Below are positions 35,169 to 46,542 of a stretch of DNA of 64,000 nt, piece after piece (position 1 is the first letter of the stretch; each line of letters starts with the position of its first letter). This stretch comes from Neodothiora populina (taxonomy: Eukaryota). Below the pieces are notes generated by a model. It ran no database searches, was not told the DNA's origin, and was given only the letters and a program-made list of their open reading frames with translations. Position numbers and translations under genes: made by a program. The stretch is taken from assembly GCF_041146345.1 (NCBI RefSeq), contig NW_027191406.1, positions 1 to 64,000 on the forward strand. The letters are read 5' to 3'.

Positions 35169-36418
35169 GCTTCTTTTCTTTTCGGTTTCCTTTTGGTTCT
35201 CTGGTCGCACAATGGACTTGATCTCGAAAGAAAAAAGAGCATGTCCCTTTCATTTATGATTGGCCAAGAGATTGTTCTGTCGCATCAGTCGCCGCTCTCT
35301 TTCTCCATCTGTCACGATACCCAAGGCCTTGGCATCTTTTGTTTTTCTTGCCATGTTTGAATTTCTGATGTTCTTCTCGCTGTCTGTCATTCGACATGTT
35401 TCATCCTTTTCATCTGTCCAGATTGGCCACCTGACGGCTCCCCACTGCGTTACCCTTTCTTTTGTTTCTATTTTCGTTTCTCCCGACTTTCTATATTTTA
35501 TTCAAATCCATGATCCAAACTCCTCTGATCCTACCTCTCATGCTCACCACGTCATGCTATGTCACTATTCGCGATGAGTGTTTACTAAAGGTCAAGTGCT
35601 CTTTTGCATGTGCGATAGGTCGATCACCTGGTTCCATTGGCGGTCAAACGAAACGATCGGTTGCCTTTGGACTGCATCAGTCACCGCAGTCGTCGCCGCG
35701 GAGACGAGCGCCGTCTTCTCGGAGTGTGGCACGGAGGGTTCGCTCGACCAAGCAGGTGCGGTTCGCAAGTGGAGGTGGCAACAAGACTCCGAAAGAGACG
35801 GCAGAGAGAGACGAGCGAGAAGCAAGAGCAGAGATCCAGAGTGTAGCAGAAGAGAAAGATGCTGAGATACAGAGTCACGGTCATGGCGATATACAGCAAC
35901 ATCCAGAAAGGGAAGAAGTAGGATCACGTATGCATGGTTCGTCTCCGGCTTCAGCACCGGGACAGTTGCGCGTGAGAGTTCAGAGTCTGAAGATGGGGAC
36001 AGGAAGTGGAACAACGGAAAGATCTGTGTCGTTGCCTGTGGCTTTTTATCTCAGGGGACGAGAGACCAGTCATGTTTGAATTCCGTTTGTATGTCATTCG
36101 GGCATTCTACATACCGAAGATTGCCATTTGGTATATCAGTCCTTGATTCGTCAACTATAAACTAAGGTATGCAATGGTAAATGTTTTTCTGTTGTTGCTA
36201 CCTCAGCTAAGGTAAATTAGAGAAGATAGAGTGAGGTCAATGTCTTGGCAGAAAGCACAGCTTCCTAATCCGAGACGAAACGAAGCTTTTCCTTCTTCTT
36301 CGTCTTCTTCGACTTCTTCTCTTCTCTTTTCCAACAACTCCATCAACATGAGTTGAATAGTCTTGCACGCCGAGTTGCGCTCTGCACTCAGTCTTTCATC
36401 CACCAATCAGACACCGAA

Positions 36419-37759
36419 ATGTCACTGAAATTCGGACTCAACGTCAAGTCCAAGGCAGGCGCCGTCGACGAGGATGATGCTGCCGCCTCGAAGAAGAAGC
36501 GAGGAATCGCCTTTGACGACGACGACGACGACCTCGACGTCGCTTCGGACGACGAGCAGAACAGATCCACCAAGGGCGGAAATGTCTTCGGAGAGGAAGA
36601 AGAGCTGACCGAGTTCAATGCTTCCGTCTTGGGTTCTTCTTCGCGTCCTGCTCAACCAAAGCCCAAGGCCAAGTCGACGGCGACACTCAAGTCACGATCT
36701 GGTGCGCCTCCCTCCAACCCCCCGACCCGAAAGCCGAAGCAGCCCCTCGACATGGGCGACCACAACGACGACGACGGCATGATGGAGTTCGGCGACCTCT
36801 CGTCGATACGCGAAACCAAAGCGGTGGCGTCCAAGGCCGAGGAACTCGACCCCACAATCTACGACTACGACGCCTTCCACTCGGCTCATTCGCTCGTTCA
36901 CCAACAGAAACAGGCGGCCGAGCGACAGGATGCTGTGGATCGGAAGCCCAGATACATTGGCAACCTGATCGACGCCGCTGCTCGTCGGAAGCAAGACCAG
37001 CAGATCGCCCGCGAGAAACTCCTGCAGAAAGAACGAGAGAACGAGGGAGACGAGTTCGCGGACAAGGAGAAGTTCGTCACTGGTGCATACAAGCAACAGC
37101 AGGAAGAGACGAAGCGTCTGGAAGAGGCAGAAAAGAAAAAGACGGCAGAGGAGGAAGAGAGGAGGCGGAAGAACGGCGGAGGCATGCAGGGATTCTACAA
37201 GAACCTGATGGGCCAAGAAGACAAGAGACACGCCGAAGCCCTCGAGGCGACCAAGAAGCTCGAACGAGGCGAGATTCCCTCTTCGCTAGATGCAGACGAT
37301 GACAAAAACAACAGAACAGAGGCACAATTGGCGGCCGAGATGCGCGCCAAGGGGGTCAACATCCACATCAACGAAGAAGGCCAAATCACAGACAAGCGCC
37401 AGCTTCTCTCCGCTGGTCTCAACGTCGCCCCCGCCGGCGGAAAGACAAACCTGCATTCAGCAGACCACCTCAAAGCCTCGAACCAGAAGAACCGGGAGAG
37501 CGCATTCCAGAGCGGCAGTGGTCGCTACGACCGGAACGACCAGCGTGCCATGCGCGAGCGACAGACGCGCATGCTGGAAGACCAGCTCGAACAAGCCAAC
37601 AAACGCAAAAGAGAGGAAGAGGAAGAAGAGAGGAAGAAGTTGGAAGAGAAGAGCAAGAGTCGCAAGACCGAGACCGATGTCTCGAGCGCCAGAGAGAGAT
37701 ATCTCGCCCGTAAAAGGGAGCAGGAGGCCAAGAAGAAGGCTGCCGCTGACGCATCTTGA
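36419..37759 (+). CDS. NSRP1/CCDC55-like (DUF2040) coiled-coil splicing-associated protein
   Basis: DPTIYDYD, KPRYIGNL, EREN-GDEFADKEKFVTGAYK and SARERYLARK motifs. Confidence 0.88.
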   Translation: MSLKFGLNVKSKAGAVDEDDAAASKKKRGIAFDDDDDDLDVASDDEQNRSTKGGNVFGEEEELTEFNASVLGSSSRPAQPKPKAKSTATLKSRSGAPPSNPPTRKPKQPLDMGDHNDDDGMMEFGDLSSIRETKAVASKAEELDPTIYDYDAFHSAHSLVHQQKQAAERQDAVDRKPRYIGNLIDAAARRKQDQQIAREKLLQKERENEGDEFADKEKFVTGAYKQQQEETKRLEEAEKKKTAEEEERRRKNGGGMQGFYKNLMGQEDKRHAEALEATKKLERGEIPSSLDADDDKNNRTEAQLAAEMRAKGVNIHINEEGQITDKRQLLSAGLNVAPAGGKTNLHSADHLKASNQKNRESAFQSGSGRYDRNDQRAMRERQTRMLEDQLEQANKRKREEEEEERKKLEEKSKSRKTETDVSSARERYLARKREQEAKKKAAADAS

Positions 37760-38930
37760 GCCTTTTGCTTTTCTCTCTTATGCCTCTTTCCATCTCTTAA
37801 TATTCATTGGAGTCGTGCCGTGGTCTTTTGAGTCATATATCAAGACAAAGGTCATTGGTGGATACCTTGTTCATATTCGATGATACTCCTTTCTCCGCGT
37901 CTTCATCGTAAGAAAGCGAAACAGCATCATTTCTGTTCATCTGTCTACCAAGGTATGTCTTTCTTCTTATCTTTCCTTTTCAATCCCTTCCCTTCTCACA
38001 GTCATTCTCTGCCTCCTCATCCATCATCGCTACCCCGAACCCCGACCTTACTTTCTCTCCAATCCCCATCCACATGCACAAGCATTAGCACCAAACCACG
38101 GGCAAACTATCAGGACGGCGAACTTGGCTTTCCTAAACCCCCATGACAAGTTCGTATCAATTTCAAAGCGCCCAAAATCAAACAGACTTGCCGTTGAACG
38201 TGCCAAAAGACCGACTGCCTTTGTTGCGTCGGTCCTTAGCTATTCTTCTGGATCTGGTCTCGGCTTTTTTTTCTTATTGCTTTCGGGCACCTTGCTTTTT
38301 TCGTTTCGATGAGCAGTGAGGCAGGGGAGTGGGCTGACATTTATTTCTTCTTTTTAGGCATCTATCTCTATGAAAGTGAGGGTAACGTGGGACTGGAAAA
38401 TACTGTTGCTTAGAGTAGATCTTAGAAATCCCATCGCTGTCGAGCGTATCTACCATATAAATCATGAACCCCTACTTATACCCGATCCTTCATCCTCTCC
38501 GGTTCCACATGCGCCCCAAGTAAAATCTAAGAAAGTCTCCCGAGTCGAGTAAACAATCACTTTACATGACCTTGTGGGCATAGCCTCGGACTACCGTGTA
38601 CGCTGCCTTGTTCTCCACTCTATATCGCTCGAGTATCGCTTGAGAAAGTAGGAGAAGTCCGACCCCTCTGCATCGCCGTCCGAACTTTCCAAAGGCGAGG
38701 CGCCACCTTTAGCGTCGCCAGCAGAGGACGCAGACTGCACGAATGTCTCTTAAGCGCCGCGAGCCATCTCAGGTGACGAAGATATTGGCACTTCGTCATC
38801 GCTCCATTCCCCTTCAGGCTTTCTGCTCTTGTCGGTCCGAATACCGAGTTCTTGGCACTCTGTTCTTCTCCTTCAGGGTGGTGATCTGTTCCGATCCTGG
38901 GTTTGGCAGAACAGATCCGAGCAGAATGTT

Positions 38931-39066
38931 ATGATTAGTAAATACTTGATAAGTAGCAAATAAGTAGCAAATAAGTAGCTAATAAATAGTTGACGAATAG
39001 TCATTGAATAGTTAATGAGTCGATCGTGAGTAGTCATCGCGTACTCAGTCTGTGATTCGTGAATAG
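38931..39066 (-). repeat. Degenerate 11-bp-period array, copy 3
   Basis: Reverse complement: attcacgaatc|acagactgagt|acgcgatgact|actcacgatcg|actcattaact|attcaatgact|attcgtcaact|atttattagct|acttatttgct|acttatttgct|acttatcaagt|atttactaatc. Confidence 0.8.
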
Positions 39067-39860
39067 GTAGTATAGGTCGTACGTCACAAATTCAAAATCA
39101 GTGAAAGCAGTAAGAGGGAAGAAGTATTCGTGTACCCGTAGTGGTCTAAAGATCAATGAAAAGGTGGTCTAAGCACCAAGCAAGTCAGAAATGCAAGTCC
39201 ATCCACCGAGAGCCTTATGCCCAGCCGGTTGTTTTTGTCTGATTACTCCGTCATGACTATATAGCTGCGATTACCTCGCCCCTCTTAGGCTCCTGGGGAC
39301 TCAGAAGGAATTTCAGACCTGTCTCCTTGCTAACGAGATACCAGTACAAGTATAGGTGGTCTTAGCACCTTAGTTTGCTTCTGAAGTTGTCATTCTAACT
39401 TCCTCCTCTTCTTCATCAAAGGTATGGGATCAGTGCCCTCTGCTACGCCAACGTCGCGGCCGTCGCTGTCAATGGATTCAAGCGATGTAGGCCTCCCTGT
39501 GTCGCTCTTACAGGCTTCGTGGCGCTTGTGTGACTTGACTACGAGACATCTGACTCGATGAAGACTTCAATACATCGCTATCATCTTTGTATTCAAATTT
39601 TCCCTCCTTGTTCATTATCATCCCCATTCTTGCCTGGCTGCATAGCACTGCCTTCCCCCTGTTGTCTTGCTGTATTAGCGCCATGATAGAATCTTAACAA
39701 GAGAGGTAGATCATCCTTATCTAGAGAGGATGATGTAGGATTCAAATTGGATATAATCTGAGCTCCGTATGCGGGAATGATTTCCTAAATTTTCAGCACA
39801 TTTGCCAACTTTCCTGGAGATCCGAAGACGGCCTACAATAGCTGGGTCCCCATCGTGTCT

Positions 39861-41473
39861 TTATTCACATAGAGGCCATATAATCGTTTCGCCACCAAGT
39901 TCAGTCATCCGGTCCGACGCTGCCTTTGCGACGATGGAAAACAATTGAGGCGATGATGAGTACACGCGGAGATAATGTTCCAAGAGCCATGACACACTCC
40001 ACAGATCTCCTGTGTGCCGCAAAATCTTTTTGAGGAGTCGCGTAGACCGATCAATTTCTCTCTCATCTCTTACCAAAGACAACCGCCACATGGCTTCTGC
40101 CTGATTAGTGTAGTCATGCTGATCTATACACGTCCACCTGAAATCAGCTAGCTTCGTAAAGGCTTCGTGAAGGAAACTCTGGCAACATAATTACCTAGAA
40201 GACTTGCGACCACCAGAATATCAACATGGTAAATCGACAAGACCCTCCCGAAGCGAAGTGACCAATGATCAGGCATTCGATTTTCAGGACCGAGCTCGGC
40301 AACTAATGAACACAATATCCTAAAGTGCTTTTTTAGTGCCACCAGAGCGGGTTCGGTGACGTCGCTTAACCCTGCCCACATGGCTGAGGAGATAGATTGG
40401 AAATGTGTCTCAACAATGCTAAATTTGGTGATGAATGATAGCTCATCCTGGTTTGCAAAGGTCGGAAGGGCGACAGGAACCTCTGTTCCAGTGAAGCGTT
40501 CGTAAATGCCTTTGGACCACCAGAGCCTCCCAATGATGTCCACTTGAGAGTAGCCTCGAGTGCAGCTCAGGGAGGGCACTTGTCTTTGGTTTACTATCGA
40601 AGCAAAGCATTAGGTCCTCTATAGAGGCGACATTGACCTGCCAAGCACGAAACAATATCTTAAGACTTAGAACTAGGACCTGGATCTGCACAGCACCAGC
40701 TAGGTCAATCACATACTGCAACTCGTCCCTACCTGAACATGATCTAACAAGGCCACCGGTGTAAGGGCAGTCTCATTCTTTGCGCTTCGAGCTATTTCTG
40801 CTGCCTTGAACACCATGCCTCTGGTGTGTATGCGCGCCATGCATCTGAAAAGATCTAGAAGTTGTATCTCTAGAACATCAAAGTCTGAACGGCCTCCCCC
40901 AGCGTCAAGTATTCGACTTGAGAATTGTTCAAGCTCCCCGAAGTCACCCTGCTCGAGCAGCATCTCAGCGTACTCAGCTAATACCGGGAACCAGTCTTCA
41001 TGATCAGCAAGGGTTTCCTTGTAGTACTCGCGCGCAGTCTTGTATAGACCCAGCTTGCTCAATCTCACGAACTCTTCCAATACTCCTTTCACATCCTCCT
41101 CGATGTCTGCCTGTAGTTGGATATGCTGGGCTCGTGGAGGGTACACGTTGAGCTGCGTCGATTTCTCGAGCTTCCATTGGCTATTTTGATTTGTGCCAAA
41201 GTATGTCCGGTCAAGAGACAAATTATTTTGGAAATATTCATCCATAGACAGAAGAAAGCAAGTTACAATTTCAAATATGTCATTGGAACACTTGATGGAC
41301 AGCACACTACCTTATATTGTCCGACAATGTCAACTCGACTCGGCAAACTTGAAGCTAAGCCCATCTCTCGTAGACAATTGGCCAAAAATATTGATTACCA
41401 TGCATAATGAGCTTGCCTGAATAGTGACCTGAAGTGTGGGGTCGGAGGAGTGTGGAGCTCGCGATATACTCAT
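39861..41473 (-). pseudogene. Probably disrupted gene for an alpha-helical (TPR-like) protein; both ends uncertain
   Basis: ORFs 41330-41557 and 40709-41305 share a frame separated by TGA (41330-32) and TAA (41312-14). Core reads DIEEDVKGVLEEFVRLSKLGLYKTAREYY...FPVLAEYAEMLLEQG. Intron near 40690-40732; apparent frameshift near 40500. Confidence 0.5.
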
Positions 41474-41555
41474 GGGTAGGGAAATGCTTCCTTGATTTTG
41501 TGTTTCTAGAAACCCTTCATCATGACTATTGAAGTTTACTCTTGGGAAAGCTATC

Positions 41556-42436
41556 ATGAGTTGGAGTTCTTACACCAAGTATCCTACATACAGAATACGT
41601 GATCAGAGTATCGGTCAAAAGAGGTTGGGCAAAGCACACGTTGATTGTACGCTGCTCGGATCTCGATCTCGATGGGGCAAGTTGGGCTCACCTCTACACG
41701 GTCAAAAAAGAGCAGGTTTGGTATTCTTCCAGCTACGTTTCTATCAGCCGCACGACTATGTTCTTAGACATGCTGCTATAACCATGGAATTTTGTACACC
41801 AGCGGACGAAACTTGCGGACCGTTCATCCAATCGTACGCGCCTGAAAAGATGTATGGACAATCAAGATATTCCCATGAAACAAGGAACACAGAGGTCAAT
41901 CCTGAGTTGAATCTGGGAGCCATGGCCGGCGGTGTCGGTTTCAAAATGGGCAAGCTCGAGCGCAATGTCGACCGGATCAAGGAGGAGCGATGGTCCCTCA
42001 CTGGTCATCGACAAGCGCCAGATCGGGCCTACACTACACTGTTGTGGAAACTCGAGAATCCATAATCTAAAAGCGAAGCGACAGAACGACCGTTCACTAC
42101 AGCTGCAGTCCTCCTTCTCGAGGAAATTCCAAAGCCCTTCATCATCAAGGTTGATATAAATGGGAAGTTGACTTCGAAACGCCATAGATGGAAGCAATTC
42201 AAGCTGGTCAAGCCGGAAACTGTTCAATCAACAGAGCTTATTCCCTAGATGTCTCCGGAAGATCTCAATGACTTCATCCAAGGCCTTGCCAAAGCGATCG
42301 AGGATGAGATTATGGGACGTGCAACACAAGGTTAGTTCTCATCTTGCATATCAATCATCAGGAGTCCTGACTGGAACGATGAATAGTGTTCCCTGATATT
42401 CGAAGCGCATCGGGTACTGCGTTGGTGGCGCCGTAG
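41556..42436 (+). pseudogene. Disrupted gene for a beta-rich hypothetical protein
   Basis: Coding-like frame continues through in-frame TAA (42063-65) and TAG (42246-48) to intron 42331-42386 and a final stop at 42434-36. Confidence 0.65.
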
Positions 42437-42666
42437 TCATTATTCACTACTCATCGACACACTCTTCATGAACCATGTACCAACAGTTCATGGAACCATT
42501 CAGTACCTCTTCATTGAGCATTCATTAGGTACTCATCAACTCTTCATCAACTCTTCATTACGGAGTCAGCGACCATTTACTAGGAAGTTATTAGCCATCC
42601 ACTGGATAGTCATTAATTGTTTATGGAAAAGTTGTCCACCATTCATTGTGTAATTACTCATTGACC
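42435..42666 (+). repeat. Degenerate 11-bp-period array, copy 4
   Basis: ...cttcattgagc|attcattaggt|actcatcaact|cttcatcaact|cttcattacgg|agtcagcgacc|atttactagga|agttattagcc|atccactggat|agtcattaatt|gtttatggaaa|agttgtccacc|attcattgtgt. Confidence 0.85.
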
Positions 42667-43759
42667 AAACACGACCTCTTTCGTATTCATGACACTTGTA
42701 TCATGTCGACAGCTTAAACGCCTCACGAAGGAAAGCATGAGTATCGGCAAGACGGCTATCGGACAGTTACCTCTCGTGGCTCGCACTAAGACCATGTTCA
42801 ATCGGGCCTCGCTAAACCATCATGATGGACATCCATCCGCAATGGTGCGTGTTGCTATCACTACAAGATTTCGAACAGTCAGGCATGCAAGGGCGTTGGT
42901 CATTAGCTGGTAGCAGTGCGGGCAGTTCGACGCAACGCCTGCGCCTCGTGGCTTGAGAGCTATACTTGGAGTAACCCTTGACACAATTAAGTAGATGCAT
43001 TCTTCCCATCCAATTCGTATATTCAGTCTATGAATAACAAAGCGCAAAAGGGTAATCCATGTAGGATCATAAGTGTCAATTAAATTGCTAAGTCTCACTT
43101 ATCGACAAGAATGACGGATAGCGGACCTCGATTTCGAGGGATCAAGGGACCTGAAGCCCTTCCCCGCCATCGAGCATAAGGCAAGGTAGGTAGGTAAGGT
43201 ACCTTATCGACGATTGTAAGGGTACAGCACGTGCAGGAGCATTGGTGATCTCAGTTTGCAATTGAACCTGTGAACGTAATCCTGCTTTTGCATCTGGACA
43301 TACCTCAATGATCTGGAGCCTACTCCGTGAAGGGCCGCGAGGAGGGTCATACTGACGAGGCACGACGACCAGGGTATCTTTGCGAGCTTGGTGGACGCGA
43401 GAGTCATGAACCGTGCGAGTTCAGAGAATCGCCGATTTGTCGCATACCACTACGCCTTGATCGGCGATGATCGCCCATCGTCGATTTATCCAAGCCTCAG
43501 TGTTGGAGCCGCCGACGACAGTCAACGGTTTTTGCCCATAATCTCAAAATGTATATACAATGTATAGCCTTCCCACTCTTGTTAGTTACTATCCTTTGTT
43601 GTGGACCAATTTATATCTTGTCGACACGTTTGTTGGTGCCGGGGATGCAACATACCGTACATAGCGACAAGTACACAAGAAACAAAAACAGCAATTGGAT
43701 CGGATTCGAATAGCAGAAATATCCTCACGACACAACCTTTCAAAAAAAAAAACCAGAAA

Positions 43760-44365
43760 ATGAAGACCAATTCAAGCGGGGGCTCGTCCAGCACACCTTC
43801 GTGCTACAGCGCTGACCAGCTGCAACAAGCGCCGGCAGCAACAATAACTAGAATGAGAAAAGGCAGCTTCAGCCACACTTTCCCGGCATGTCCATCATCC
43901 GCGAGCGCGGTTGCCGCGACACCACAACCTCAGCGAAAAGGCCTTTCGCCGGAAACCATGGCTCTTGCGAAAGAAGCAATGCAGGCGGAACGTGCCTTTT
44001 CGCGATTCGAGGATAGGACGAAATTGTTCTTCGGTGGTCTGCAATGGCTACTCGACGCCACCGTGGACCCGAACCCCGCCCCCACTAGGCGATCCCTCCG
44101 TCAGACTTCGCTCACCGAGGATGCTGTGAATGCGTACAATGTCTTGAACGATATGCCCAGAGTACAAGAGCTCGATGAAAGCAGGAGCGGCAACATGTCC
44201 GCCACAGGCCTGGATGCTCCTCTATCTCAATTACCACAGCAGCAGCCACAAAAGCTACAGCAGCTTCAGCAGCTGCAGGGGCAAGCGCCGAGCAGGACGC
44301 AAGACTGGGTCGCGAAACAAAATGTTGATGTTGTCGAGTCAGATGTCGTCGCTGGCCCCCCATGA
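43760..44365 (+). CDS. Hypothetical low-complexity (S/Q/A-rich) protein
   Basis: ~200-codon ATG-started frame after an A-rich leader; no recognisable domain. Confidence 0.4.
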   Translation: MKTNSSGGSSSTPSCYSADQLQQAPAATITRMRKGSFSHTFPACPSSASAVAATPQPQRKGLSPETMALAKEAMQAERAFSRFEDRTKLFFGGLQWLLDATVDPNPAPTRRSLRQTSLTEDAVNAYNVLNDMPRVQELDESRSGNMSATGLDAPLSQLPQQQPQKLQQLQQLQGQAPSRTQDWVAKQNVDVVESDVVAGPP

Positions 44366-46542
44366 GCTAATTGCCCGCCGCATTGGATGTAGGATTTCTT
44401 GGTTTCACACCTGGAAGTCATGGAACGCCCACATGCAATCCGCCTCACCCCCTACACAAGTCAAGTCAGATTTCTCTAGAGGGAGAAACTCGTCCATTCT
44501 CGACGAATGGTCGTACGGCTTGAGACGCCGATCTACTGCCGCCCAGCTCGACCGATGCAGTATGGCATTGTCACTTATCTCTGCATCTCGGAAGAGCAAG
44601 ACTCCGGAGAACTGCTGGCTATGTACAAGCGACACTCCACTCGGAAAGAGCCGTCTACCAGTACTTGCGCCTAGCTTTACCAGCTGAGGTTTCACCAGCT
44701 GAGATTTCCGCTCCCCCCAGGACCACAGAGATTGTGTCAAAGGATTCAGAAGTTGATGAAGACCGAGAGAAAGGCCGTCACGCTTCGAAATTTTCTTCGT
44801 CAGAGCAAGACCAAAACCCATGAAAGCAATGGAAGCAGCCACAAAAAGCCGCCGGTAACAAAATTGATACCCCACGAATGCTGTAAGAAGCATTCTAATT
44901 TCTGTCCGTAGAGGATAACCAAAAAGTGCCACGACATACTTGTCGCATGCGAAGGTCATGAGAAAGATCCGCACCTCAATTCACGTCGAAAGACGAGGAT
45001 GCGGATAGTAATCCGAGAAGGAAGGACTATATGATATTTGGCCATCTTAAATAACATGACATTGAAATGCTACAACACCATCCTCCCAACCAGACTCTTG
45101 CTCGCGAGATGAGGAATCTACCAAGTAGCAGTAACATAATCTGTAATTCTCCTCTCAACCACCAAGTGCGAAAGAACGTCAGTAACCCGCACCTCTTCAC
45201 CCTCGAGTCCTGTTCCTGCCTGCCACGCGCCCCCTCCCCCCCTCCCCCCCCCCCCACCCCCCAGCCAGCCCGCCAGCCAGCCTAGCTCGCAAGATCTACG
45301 ATCAGCGAACATGCGAAACATAGTAGCTTTCCACACTACTGTTCGCACTACGAAACAACCTGATCTACTCTGTGCATGAAAAGCACATGCGGACTATGAT
45401 CCGTTGCTCCCACCTTCCTGTTCCTTGTTTTCATGGTCTAAGATACTGTAGCTTAATGTAAGAACTGGACGGGGCTTGGCCCAAGATACCTTGCTGTCAC
45501 TTCTTGTCCTCGCAGGTAAGCGGGAGCAGCCCAAAAGTTCAAGACGAAGCGAAGCAGCGGAGTGGATCCGGCAGTCCAGCCGGTTATACCTGCCTTGAGA
45601 CTTGACTTTGCTTGCCAATGCGGCCGCCGTTTCTCATTGGCTTTTCCATACCTTGAATGTGCTCATTAATTAGAAATCTGTGTCTTTTCACATGAGGGCT
45701 GAACCATGCACTTTTGAATCGATCTCACGCTCAGATCGGGTTCGTAATAAGCAAAATAAACGAAGAGTTTCTTTGTTCTTCAAACTTCTCTCCTGGCTGG
45801 TCTAATCTATCTAGAAAAAAAAAAAGTACAAGGTTTCTTTTGTTCGTCCACTGTCGTCATATATACAATATCTGTTGAGTTTTGGTCTATGTTCTTTATG
45901 CTTTGCTGTGCTGAAGTTTTATGATCGGTCCGTCTGGTATGTGTATGTGTATTGTAGTTTGTTCTTACTCTTTTGCTTTGAAAGAGGCTGAACTTGGAAA
46001 GGTCGTGGGCGTTGACCTTGGACGCCTGACTGTTCCCCTTCTACTGTGCTGGCTGTTTTGGTGTATTCATTGTCTTGGTGCGCCGCTTACAGACCTGTGT
46101 ACTTGACGATCCGATCGTCCGTGGGGATAGCCGTACGGAAAATCTGATACAGTGATTGTCTAGTGCCCATGGACATCGTGCAGTTGACCGTGGAGATGGG
46201 CGTGGTTTTGAAGTTTCCTTCGACGGGACTTCGACGGCAATAGGCGGCTAGAACTCCTCGAATACGACCGCCCCGATATCCTCATGAGAACGCAAACAAG
46301 AACCTTAAGTCGTCCGTGGTCGACTGTACGCTCATCGAACGATTCTTGAACGCGGGGTGGGTCGACTGATCACCGTGCCGCGCGATGTGTCTCAAGGAAG
46401 ATAGCCACGCTGCATGCGCTGAACCAAGATCTGGTACCTGGCGATGCGAGGACTCGATTCCAGCCTGAAGGAGTTGCGGCGGAAGGTAGATGTATTGCCT
46501 CAGAACAGACAATCTTCGGAAATATTGATACTGGCGACCGCC

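Noticed and set aside
35260..36079. ORFs between NUM1 and the NSRP1-like gene
   Set aside because: Low-complexity purine/pyrimidine-skewed intergenic sequence with no domain evidence.
45230..45262. Poly-C tract (G-quadruplex potential on the minus strand)
   Set aside because: Simple low-complexity run with no supporting context.
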